A stretch of 64,000 bases of DNA from positions 1-64,000 of the forward strand of contig CAUYUJ010000029.1 of assembly GCA_963575745.1 (NCBI GenBank). Direction: 5' to 3'. Positions 48,751-57,704 of the stretch are shown here, in pieces; the first letter of the stretch is position 1; each line of letters starts with the position of its first letter. The notes under the pieces are model-generated. The model was not told the DNA's origin and did no database searches. It worked only from the letters and a program-made list of their open reading frames with translations. The translations under genes and the position numbers were made by a program. This DNA is from Prorocentrum cordatum (lineage: Eukaryota).

Positions 48751-50493
48751 GCGTGCCGAACAGACCAGAGGCATGTGAAATCCATGTTGTGCTTTGCTCT
48801 TCCTCCTCCTCCTCCTCCTCCTCCTCCTCCTCCTCTATGAAAAGAAGCGGGCCTAGAGGTTTTTCATCGACTTTGGCCTCCCCGCGCCCTCCACGGGCCC
48901 CGGGGCTGTCAACAAAACAACTCGGGAGAAGTTCCGAGATCCAGGACCCGTTTACCTCAGGACCCGTCTCCTGTATGTCAAGCCTCCCCCTCGAGTTGCC
49001 CTTCAAGTGCAGGGCTCAGGCATTCTTGCAGAAGGACGCCGCACCGAGCAGGTCGTTCGAGTTGCCACGCTCGCCGCATGCTCGTTGGCCCTCCTGCCCC
49101 CCTCCCTCCTGCTCCTCCTGCTCCTCCTCCTCCCTCGTCTCTCCTCCCTGTCCTCCGTCTGTTACTGCTCTCTCTCCCTCTCCCTTCTCCCTCCTCCTGG
49201 CGTTCCCTTCCTGCTCCCTCCTCTTCCTCCTCCTCCTCCTCCTCCTTCTGCTGTCCTCCTCTTTCTTCTCGTCCTCCCCCTCCTCCTTCACACGCTGCCG
49301 CGCGCGCGGGCCGGGGGGGGGGGAAAGGGGGGCAGCGAGTACGAGGAAAAGCAGGTTGAGCGTGAAGAGGCGGAAGGGGAAGACGAGGACGAGGAGGGGA
49401 AGGAGGAGGAGGAGGAGGTGGAGGAGGAGGTGAAGGGGGGAGGGGCAGCATAAGTAGAATGGGGCGTGGCCACAGGACAAAGCCCTCCTCACACCGATTA
49501 CGGCAACCCCATCGGTTTTCCGCCCTGTATCGGCCTTGCCGATGCCCCCATGGAGTTGGCCTCCGCACGTGTTCTTCATAAGCGTGCTGCGGCTGAGGGC
49601 GAACCTGGTCGCCCACACAAGCGTGACATGACTGACCTTGCCCAATGAAGCGTGCAGACTTATAATACTTTTACGGCAAGTTCACCCACGAAGCAAGGCT
49701 CTTTGCCAATTACCAGTCGAGCAACGATGTGTTATACCATGATTTCGATTCGTAGCTACGTACGGTTAGCAGTCTGACGACGATAATCAATATTCGGGGA
49801 TGGACAGACCCCCCTTTAGTAAAACGTGGTTTAGTGAAAACGACCTGAGGCCCAAACCTGGCGGGCGCAAGCCTGAAAAATAACGGCCACGGCGCCCTCT
49901 CGAGAACCGAAAACGGACAATTCACTAATCGACGTGTCACTGTTGGGGGTTCTGTCCACGCCCGAAATATGGGGGCATCTCCTCCGCGGACCTAGGTGTC
50001 CCTGAAGTCTCCGGGCCAACCGGAGACATACATCACATCCTAGCGGGGCGCCGGCCAGCGCCCTAGCTTCTTGTTCGGACACTTCCAGCAACCCTGAGCC
50101 CCAACTGGTCTGCAACTCTTGCTGGCGTGAAGAGACGAATGTTGCCAGCCTGGAACATATCCCTGTCCCTATGCTGGGCACCTCCTCATCACGATGCCAA
50201 GCTTAGGGGTTCCCTTATTTTTTGAGGGCGAATCCCTAAGATTGTCATCGCCTTTTGGCGTGTCAATCTTAGGGATAGGGATACGTTCGAGGCTGGTAAG
50301 AATGCTGACGGAAACGGGTTCTGCACACCCGCACGGGAGCCTTCCCCCGTGACCACCCCTGCATCCCGAGCACGGCCCGACGTAGGACAGCATGACCTCC
50401 TTCAAGCATGCGAGACCCTCCGCCTGCCAAAGTGCAGAACATGCGAGCCCCAGGATGCACAAGAGCATCCAACAAACACGAAAAACATCAGGG

Positions 50494-50677
50494 TACTCCA
50501 GATTTCGTAATAAAAGGGAGGAGGTCTGGACCCTCCAAGACAAGCCATTTCAGACCTCCCCCGTGGGAGAACCCTCCAAAACATCGTCCCCAGACGCCCC
50601 AGGTCCTCCAAGATAGCCTGGAAGAGACCCCCCCCCCGAAAGGAGACCCCCCTCCCTTTACTACGATATCTGGAGTA
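50494..50677. mobile_element. MITE family A copy
   Basis: Same TIRs and interior as 16662-16844. Confidence 0.85.
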
Positions 50678-52545
50678 CCCTCCCCGAACCGACCTCGATC
50701 TGCTATACCTCTGTCCGGCCGCAGTCCGTTGATGGCCTCGGGGCCCGCGGACAGGGCGAGACCCGTCGGGGCCCGTTTCCCTCAGGAGCCGCTTGCTTCC
50801 TGGCGATCCCACCTTCCACACACCTCCCCCGCTTCATCCTCCATCCCCATCCTCCCTCTCCTCCTCCTCCTCCTCCTCCTCCTCCTCCCTCCTCCTCTCC
50901 TCCTCCTCCCTCCTCCTCCTCTCTGGGCATCGCTCGGACGTCCATTCCCTGTGTTTTGTTCGGCTCCGTGCGTGGTTATTCTTTCGCCAACGGATCGAAG
51001 CATGCTCCTCGAGAGGTCCTCGCCGAGGGAAAAAGTGCACACGTCCGAGCGATGCCCAGAGATCTTGGCAGGCCAGACCCGCTCCCCTCGCCGCCCCTCC
51101 GCCCACCCGCGACCCCGCGGCGCCGCCCCTCGCTCCGAGTGCCCGCCTGCCCCGAGGGTGCGCGGGCCCCCCTCCTGGAGCGCCCAGCCTGCTGTGCCGA
51201 CCGCGGCCTCCCCTGCCAGGAGGAGGAGGAGGAGGAGGAGGAGGAGGAGGAGGAGGAGGAGGAGGAGGAGGAGGAGGAGGAGGAGGGGGAGGAAGATCAA
51301 CCGGCGTCGGGCCGGGAAGCCGGCTTCGGCGGCGGCTGCGGCTGCCCCAATCATCGGCTACACGCAAGAGTGACCCTGGGTAAGAATGACCTTTGGTGCG
51401 CGGCTTGTTGGGGGGCGCGGGGGGACCAAACCTGAGCGCGCAAGCCGCTGCTACCGCTTCGTTTTCAGCCATCCGAGGGCCCATCTGTGCCCGCACCCAA
51501 GGTCACTCCGGCGAAAGGTCACTCTTACGTCTAGTCGAAATCACTGCAAGATCAACCGGCGTCGGGCTGGGAAGCCGGATTCGGCGGTGGGCAAGCCTCC
51601 CTTTAGCAAACCTCCCCTCAACGAAAACGGCCCAGGACCGAAACACACGGACATGGACCCGCAAAAAGGACGGCCGCGAGGCCCCCTCGCGAACCGAAAA
51701 AATCGCAATCCGCTAATCGGCGTGTCAGGGTAGGAGGCCTGCCCACCCCCGACGGACAGAACCGCCACGTTCGTCGGATCGGGCTGCGTCGGCACGGAGT
51801 CGAAGTCGAGTCGGATCGGCTAGCATCGGGCTGGCCAGGATCCCTGTCGGAGCGGATCGCATCGAGGCAGACCCTGCGTTGCCCCTCCCCGGCCATTTCA
51901 CGGCTGGCATGCAACCTGCACTCCTGAGCCCTGCGCTGCTCTTGCGACCCCGCCACGGCCTCGCGGGCCTGGACGGGCCACCACCCGTCCTTGCCGAGGC
52001 AAGGGGGGGTGGGCCTTCTGGACGTGGGCCATGGCCTTCGCCAGCCTCTCCTTCGGGCTGGCAGCAAGTGGGGCAGCGGAGGAGGAGGAGGAGGAGGAGG
52101 AGGAGGAGGAGGAGGAGGAGAAGGAGGAGGAGAGGAGGAGGAGGAGGAGGAGGAGGAGGGGAGAAAGGAGGGGGGAGGAGGATAAGCAGGAGGAGGAGGA
52201 GGCGGAGGAGGAGGAGGTGAAGGAGGAGGAGGAGGAAGATCAGCAGGAGGAGGAGGTGGAGGTGGAGGAGTAGGAGGAGGGGAGGAGGAGGATGAGGACG
52301 AGGAGGAAGGACGAGGAGGATGAACGCCCGTCAAGAAGGGCAAGCTAGAACAGGACGAAACTGATGACGATGATGATGATGCTGATGATGATGATGATGA
52401 GGAGGAGGAGGAGGAGGAGGAGGAGGAGGAGGAGGAGGAGGAGGAGGAGGAGGAGTCGAGCGTGCGGAGGGGGAAGGCTCCAGGCTCCCGACGGCCGCGC
52501 CCCGCGCGGCGCCAGCAGCCCCCGCGCACGCGCTTACCTGCTCAC

Positions 52546-52745
52546 AGGCAGCGCGCCAGGAGGAGGATGCCGAACATCTCCTCGGATGTGATCTGGATGC
52601 TGATCGCGATCAGCGGCGGCTCCACGGAGCCGAAGTGGATGAAGTACGTCGGCATCTCCCACACGATGCCGATCAGGTGCAGGTGGATGTCCGTGTCCAG
52701 GGGCCGCCCCCACCCGACGGTGGCGATGGTGCTGACGCAGCACGG
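52546..52745 (-). CDS. Probable host exon of unknown domain (CVSTIATVGWGRPLDTDIHLHLIGIVWEMPTYFIHFGSVEPPLIAISIQITSEEMFGILLLARC), possibly an upstream exon of the kinesin gene
   Basis: Almost all codons end in G/C in this frame; followed by a GTGAG donor and a GC-rich intron-like flank; directly abuts the LINE 3' end. Confidence 0.55.
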
Positions 52746-52749
52746 GCGG

Positions 52750-53590
52750 CGGCTTCTTCATGGTCTTCGTGGCCCTCAGTGCCGCCCTAGCGGCCGTCAG
52801 GGTGGCCTCCGCCGAAACGTGGGTCTCCTGCCTGAGCATGTGGTACGTGAGGCAGGCAACCGCGATGGACTCGGCGCACTCGTTGGACTGGTCTATGAGC
52901 CCGAGCTTCGCGAACTCGGTGGAGAGAGGGGGCGCGCCGCAAGCACGCCCCACAGCAAGCGCCAGTGGCGCGCAAACGAGGTAGTGGCACATCTTGTCTT
53001 GGCCGCTTGCGCAGCCGAAGATGCACAGGCGCCTACCACACGGGTAGGCGATGCGGTAGGACGTGAGCCACGAGAAGGACAGCGTCCTCATCCACGCTGT
53101 CGCCCACGATGGGGGCAGCCTTTTCATGGCGGTCTGGATGTCATGCATGATGGTGGGGTTGTGGATGAAGAGCTCGCTAGCGTGTGGGAGCTCTTTCACG
53201 ATGCGGTCCTGCAGGAAGGGCCCGATGCCGTCGGCCCCGCGGGTGGTCAGGGCCGAGGCGTAGGCATGCTTCTGCGCGAGGCCAGGCTGCTCGTTGGCGA
53301 CCGCCGCCCGCGCGGCCTCGATCGCTGGTGCCACCAGCTGGTGGGGGTAGTACACGTGGTCAGAGGTGGCTGTCGCGATCTGGTGCATCGTCTCCACAAA
53401 GGCCTGCGACTGCCACCACGGCGGAGAGAGATGGAGGGCACCCCGCGCGGCACCCTCGAGGGTCTGCTGGAGGCCGTAGGAGTTCAAACCTGCGTGAAGT
53501 CTCTCACGGATCTCGGCGAACTTCTTGAACGTCGAGGTCACCGCGCGGACGATTGTCGCTAGCAATCTGAGCTGGAGGGACCTCGGCGCG
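52750..53590 (-). CDS. Frameshifted C-terminal part of LINE ORF2 with CCHC zinc knuckle
   Basis: CIFGCASGQDKMCHYLVC; removing one base from the G7/C4 run at 53591-53601 joins it to the RT frame. Confidence 0.8.
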
Positions 53591-56500
53591 GGGACCCCCC
53601 CAGTCCTTCAGTAAGGGCCAGTCCGTCAACCTGAATGCGCCGTTCGGGAAGCGCAGGATGGAGGTGTTGATCCAGCTCTCATGCTTGAAGTGTTCGTGCG
53701 GGAGCAAGGCGTATTGGGCAAGGTAGCCGAGGACGGGGGGCGCGCGCCCGTTGTACAGGGAGACTGCCCCAACGGCTGGCGCATCACTTGCACTGTGCGC
53801 CTTTACTCGGGAGCGGTACTTGTTGAAGGCCTTCGCGTAAATCAGCTGGTCCGTGGCACCGGGGCCCAGCAAGAGGCCGAGGTAGGTGAGGTGGTCGCAT
53901 ATTTTGAAGTACTTGAACTTCGGGACGATGTTGAGCAACGTATTCTTGAGCTTGAGGATGAGGTCGGCGTTGACCTGGCCTGCCAAGGGGATGATGTGGC
54001 ACTTCGGCGCCTTCAACTCCAGACCAGCCAGAATTTCCATGCAGAGCATGACGTCGGCGAGGTAGACCAGGTAGGCGGCGGCCCGAAGGACGAGCCCGAG
54101 GTCATCAGCGCATGCGCGGCAGAGTCCACGGCCTTGGGCTTCGAGGACGGTCTCGAGGTTGAGGAGGAAGCTTGCAGTGCCCATTGCGCACAGCGTGCCG
54201 CTCCAGCCGCATCCTTGGATGATGCCCGACCTGATATAGAAGAGCGGGACGTACTGGCCAGCGCACGGGGCCATCGCGAGGATGTTGTTGCACATGGAGT
54301 CAAAGAACATGAGGATCGCTTCGGGAGCGCCCATGGCCTTGAGCGCCAGACGGATGAACTGGTGGGCGAAGCTGGGGAAGGCCTGCGCGATGTCCAGCGA
54401 CACGAGCACTGGCAGCATGTCCTGGGCGTCTGGATCGGCCGAGGCAATGCGGCTCTCGGCGTCAAGCTCGAGGATGTTGTAACCGAAGTTACGCCGATGG
54501 ATGAACCCACGCTGTGAGGCTGGGACCACCTCGGCTGCCACCACTGCCGTCGCAGCATTCATCGTGCTGCTGATTATCTTGAGGGACGTGTTGCGCAATC
54601 CTAGGACACGGACTTTGGACGGGTCTCGATGGCAGCCGTGATGTTCCGAGTCCTCTGGTTCCACACCTTTGGGCAAGAAAGCTTGGACGGTCGCGTTCAC
54701 TTCGTCGGGGAGGATCCCGCCGTTGAGCATGTAGCACATGACATCCCAGAGAACCTCGGTGCACTTCTCGTGCGCGGACCAGGCGAGATACGGCAGTCCG
54801 TCGAGGCTTGGTGAAATGGAAGACGAGCGCCTGGCAAACTTCTTGAGCGTCTCGTAGTCTGGCGGCCTGTACTTGGAGAAATCGATGGTGGGCGAGAACT
54901 GGTTCAGGTAGACAGCGGCCTTGGTCACGTCGACGGTCTTGCCTGCGAAGACCGGCTGCCAGTGCTCCACAAGCTTCTTGAGCCGCTCGTTGGGGCCCGT
55001 CACGGTGCCCTCGCTGGTCTTGACTCCCGTCAGGATCAGGCGCTTGCTGAGTGGGTTCCAGAGCTGGAGCTTCCTTTGCAGGGCTTGGGTTTGTCCACGT
55101 GCTTGAGCGGGTCGAAGGCGCCCACGTTGAACTGCTTGGTCGATGGCTGCCTGACGCTGTTCAGCGTCTTGGCGGAAGAGGTTGCTTGCCCACTCCTCGA
55201 ACTTGGCATGATCGATGAGCCCGACACTGTCACCATTGATCTGGATGTGTTCTTGTGCGACTAGGTGCGAGCGAAGGAGGCGAGCAGCGAGTTGTCGGTC
55301 TTGGCGCCAAGCCGCGCGTGAGATCGACTTCGCTACCTGAAGGAGCACGCCGCCTCTGCTCGGATGCATTTCATGAAGACGGTCACGAGCTTCACGTGCA
55401 ATTTGTCTGAGAAGATCGGTGGTCTGAATCAGCTTGGTCGGCGGGGGCAGGTGGTCCATGGGGGGGGCGGCAAACACCTTGTCGGCAATCTCCCTGAAGA
55501 CGGGGGACTTGACGATGTACTGGGCGATCGGCTGGTTCGGCGAGGGTTTGGCATCGCGCATCGTGAAGGAGACGAAGAGGGCGGCATGGTCACTAACACG
55601 ACGGCGTGAGAGGTCTTCAGGTGTGGAGAAGGTGGCGGACGTGACAGCCAGCTGCAGCATCTGAGTGGGAGTGAACAAGCAGAAGCATCTGTCGATGGTG
55701 GTCTCGGCCTTCGTCTCGAAGCAGTAGTGCGTGGTGTCGGCGCTGTCGATCTCCACTAGGTGCTTCAGGGCGTTGTGCCACTTGCGGGCCGATGCTTTGG
55801 ACGTTTCAGTTGGGTTCGAGTTGCCCTTTGCCACAGGGTCCAGGAGCTTCAGCTTCCCTACGGCGGAGAAGTTGCAATCCCCAGTGACGAACAGGACAAC
55901 GCGGCTCGGGTCGGACCTCGCCCACTGAAGGTCGCTGTTGATGCGCGTGGTGATGTTCTGGATGGTGGCGTTGCTGAGGTCGTAGTTGTGGATATTGTAG
56001 AAGATCATCACTTGGTCGCCAGCACGGCAGACAGAGCGTAGAACACGGCCAGGGAAGACGGGGTCGCTCACAGCATTCATCCCAGCAGGGAACACAGTGG
56101 CAACCCCGCCACTGATAGTGCCATGATGTCCAGGAGCAAAGGAGGAGTGCATGTCTAGGGCGCTGTCGATCTTCCGCATGAAGGCAAGGAGCTGGCCGTG
56201 GTTCTGGTGGACCTCCTGGATGCCCAGGGCCATCTTGCTCAGCGGCATGGACTTGAGGTACGCGGACTTCTCCACGACGCGTCTGCCCTGGTAGCCCAGG
56301 AAAGCGCGAGCGTTCCATGTGCCGACGGCCAGGCAGGCCGTCGGCCCACAGGCCAGGCGGTTCTGGCTGCGCGCCAGCTCGTCAAAGCCAGAATTGCGGG
56401 GCGGCTTCAGGTGCAACAACAACGTTGGCGGCGTTCTTGAGGGTCGTGCGGTCGATGCCCAGCGCGGGGAGGCCGGTGTCCTGGAACGTGAGGATGGTCG

Positions 56501-57682
56501 GCTCGTCCCTGCCTGGGCGGACGCTGTACGCAATGACGGGGGCCCAGCCTGCAGTGATCCAGGCCTTGGTGCGGTCCACGCGCCAGACATGGTTCGGGAA
56601 CTCGCGTTCCATGGCCTGGCGGAGGCGCTTCCCCACGATCTCCGTCTTGATCTGCTTCGGCGACTTGTCGGGGCCCATCCGCAGCTCGACCGCCCCGTGG
56701 CCCGAGACAGCATCGGCGTAGATGCGCACCCAGGTGCCGTTGGTCGAGCGCATGCTGTCCAGGACTTTCTGCACACGGCGGCTGGCGGGGCCAGGGAGGC
56801 CCGTGAACTTGATGGTGAAGAATTTGGCGGTGTCGTTGCCAGTGACAGTGAAGTCAGTCTCGCGGATGTCGCAGCCCACCGCGAACTTGGTGAGAGACTC
56901 GGTGGCCTTGGCCAGGGTGACCAGGCCGTCCGCGTGGACCTTGATGATCGTGGCGTCGATTTCGCGATCGAAGTCGCGGCTGGTGAACTGCTGTTTGATC
57001 GGCTGCTTGTTGGCCGTGGCAAGCTCGTGTTGCAATACTTTGATCTGCTCCGCCATGAGCTCGATTGCTTTGTCGGTCTTCTCCTGTTTGGCCTCCACTT
57101 CGCCGACGCGAATTTTGAAGGCGTCGAGCTGTTGCTGGAAGTGCTTCCTCGTGGCGTCGATCTGCTGGCCGACGGCGAGGTGGACGTTCTTTTCGATCTT
57201 GGCGCCCAACCCGTCAATGCCGTCCTGGGCGGCCTTGAGCGCCGACGAGATGGGATTGGTGGCGGAGCTGACCACGGTGGTGACGGTCGAAATGATGGAC
57301 TCTTTGATTGCGGTCTCCATCGCGTCGATCTTCGACTGGAGGGACTGCACGTAGGCCATGGTGGCGTACGCGTCCAGATCAACTTCATCTCCCTGCGGTG
57401 GCGAACGGGAGCGGTCAGCCCTGCCGCCAGGATCGCCACCAGGCTCGCCAGGAGGAGGACGCTTCGAAATCCCTTTGCAGCGCAGTGGCATCGCGGCGGG
57501 CGAGCCTCCTTTCTCCGACATGGCGAGGAAGAGGTCTGGGACGCTCGCTCACACAAGAACGGGAAAGGCCTCCGTTTACCCGTGACGGCGGACGTCGGTG
57601 CGGGTGAAGTCTGCCAGGCCACAGGTGGCCTTGCCTGCCGCGGACTAGCGGTGTCCGCTTGTTCCCCTGATGGACTCACCAT
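53504..57682 (-). CDS. LINE ORF2: apurinic-like endonuclease + reverse transcriptase
   Basis: APE: GTWNARA, LGIQEVH, GDCNF, TIDRCF, SDH. RT: SPSLDG, FLPKG, SQRGF, LDIAQAF, GIIQGC, CADD (54101-54112), LTYLG. One-base frameshift near 53591-53601. Confidence 0.93.
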   Translation of the reverse strand: MVSPSGEQADTASPRQARPPVAWQTSPAPTSAVTGKRRPFPFLCERASQTSSSPCRRKEARPPRCHCAAKGFRSVLLLASLVAILAAGLTAPVRHRREMKLIWTRTPPWPTCSPSSRRSTRWRPQSKSPSFRPSPPWSAPPPIPSRRRSRPPRTALTGWAPRSKRTSTSPSASRSTPRGSTSSNSSTPSKFASAKWRPNRRRPTKQSSSWRSRSKYCNTSLPRPTSSRSNSSSPAATSIAKSTPRSSRSTRTAWSPWPRPPSLSPSSRWAATSARLTSLSLATTPPNSSPSSSRASLAPPAAVCRKSWTACARPTAPGCASTPMLSRATGRSSCGWAPTSRRSRSRRRSWGSASARPWNASSRTMSGAWTAPRPGSLQAGPPSLRTASAQAGTSRPSSRSRTPASPRWASTARPSRTPPTLLLHLKPPRNSGFDELARSQNRLACGPTACLAVGTWNARAFLGYQGRRVVEKSAYLKSMPLSKMALGIQEVHQNHGQLLAFMRKIDSALDMHSSFAPGHHGTISGGVATVFPAGMNAVSDPVFPGRVLRSVCRAGDQVMIFYNIHNYDLSNATIQNITTRINSDLQWARSDPSRVVLFVTGDCNFSAVGKLKLLDPVAKGNSNPTETSKASARKWHNALKHLVEIDSADTTHYCFETKAETTIDRCFCLFTPTQMLQLAVTSATFSTPEDLSRRRVSDHAALFVSFTMRDAKPSPNQPIAQYIVKSPVFREIADKVFAAPPMDHLPPPTKLIQTTDLLRQIAREARDRLHEMHPSRGGVLLQVAKSISRAAWRQDRQLAARLLRSHLVAQEHIQINGDSVGLIDHAKFEEWASNLFRQDAEQRQAAIDQAVQRGRLRPAQARGQTQALQRKLQLWNPLSKRLILTGVKTSEGTVTGPNERLKKLVEHWQPVFAGKTVDVTKAAVYLNQFSPTIDFSKYRPPDYETLKKFARRSSSISPSLDGLPYLAWSAHEKCTEVLWDVMCYMLNGGILPDEVNATVQAFLPKGVEPEDSEHHGCHRDPSKVRVLGLRNTSLKIISSTMNAATAVVAAEVVPASQRGFIHRRNFGYNILELDAESRIASADPDAQDMLPVLVSLDIAQAFPSFAHQFIRLALKAMGAPEAILMFFDSMCNNILAMAPCAGQYVPLFYIRSGIIQGCGWSGTLCAMGTASFLLNLETVLEAQGRGLCRACADDLGLVLRAAAYLVYLADVMLCMEILAGLELKAPKCHIIPLAGQVNADLILKLKNTLLNIVPKFKYFKICDHLTYLGLLLGPGATDQLIYAKAFNKYRSRVKAHSASDAPAVGAVSLYNGRAPPVLGYLAQYALLPHEHFKHESWINTSILRFPNGAFRLTDWPLLKDWGGPRAEVPPAQIASDNRPRGDLDVQEVRRDP
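56382..57521 (-). CDS. LINE ORF1 protein (379 aa), coiled coil plus a putative RNA-binding region
   Basis: GC3-rich ORF directly upstream of the APE domain; long heptad-like region (QQQLDAFKIRVGEVEAKQEKTDKAIELMAEQIKVLQHEL), as expected for L1-type ORF1p. Confidence 0.8.
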   Translation of the reverse strand: MSEKGGSPAAMPLRCKGISKRPPPGEPGGDPGGRADRSRSPPQGDEVDLDAYATMAYVQSLQSKIDAMETAIKESIISTVTTVVSSATNPISSALKAAQDGIDGLGAKIEKNVHLAVGQQIDATRKHFQQQLDAFKIRVGEVEAKQEKTDKAIELMAEQIKVLQHELATANKQPIKQQFTSRDFDREIDATIIKVHADGLVTLAKATESLTKFAVGCDIRETDFTVTGNDTAKFFTIKFTGLPGPASRRVQKVLDSMRSTNGTWVRIYADAVSGHGAVELRMGPDKSPKQIKTEIVGKRLRQAMEREFPNHVWRVDRTKAWITAGWAPVIAYSVRPGRDEPTILTFQDTGLPALGIDRTTLKNAANVVVAPEAAPQFWL

Positions 57683-57704
57683 CTTGGGCCAAAATGGCTA
57701 CGGA
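57683..57704 (-). other. Dinoflagellate spliced leader copy with 1 mismatch (TCCGTAGCCATTTTGGCCCAAG)
   Basis: 21/22 match, immediately followed by ATG. Confidence 0.95.

Larger units (their letters stand above)
52750..57704 (-). mobile_element. Near full-length SL-capped LINE (ORF1 + APE-RT-CCHC ORF2; element 3)
   Basis: DinoSL at the 5' end; complete APE and RT motif sets; C-terminal Zn knuckle; 3' boundary uncertain because no poly(A) is visible. Confidence 0.93.

Noticed and set aside
51965..52000. Candidate extra exons (DGWWPVQ here; AAPCVPNHIENQE at about 58525-58565)
   Set aside because: Too short, and phases and acceptors could not be reconciled with neighbouring exons without cDNA.
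7523..57704. SL copies as SL RNA genes
   Set aside because: An SL RNA gene has a GT donor and short intron right after the 22-mer. Here the SL is followed by GCC-ATG, CCT and ATG leading into ORFs, which fits retroposed mRNA 5' ends.
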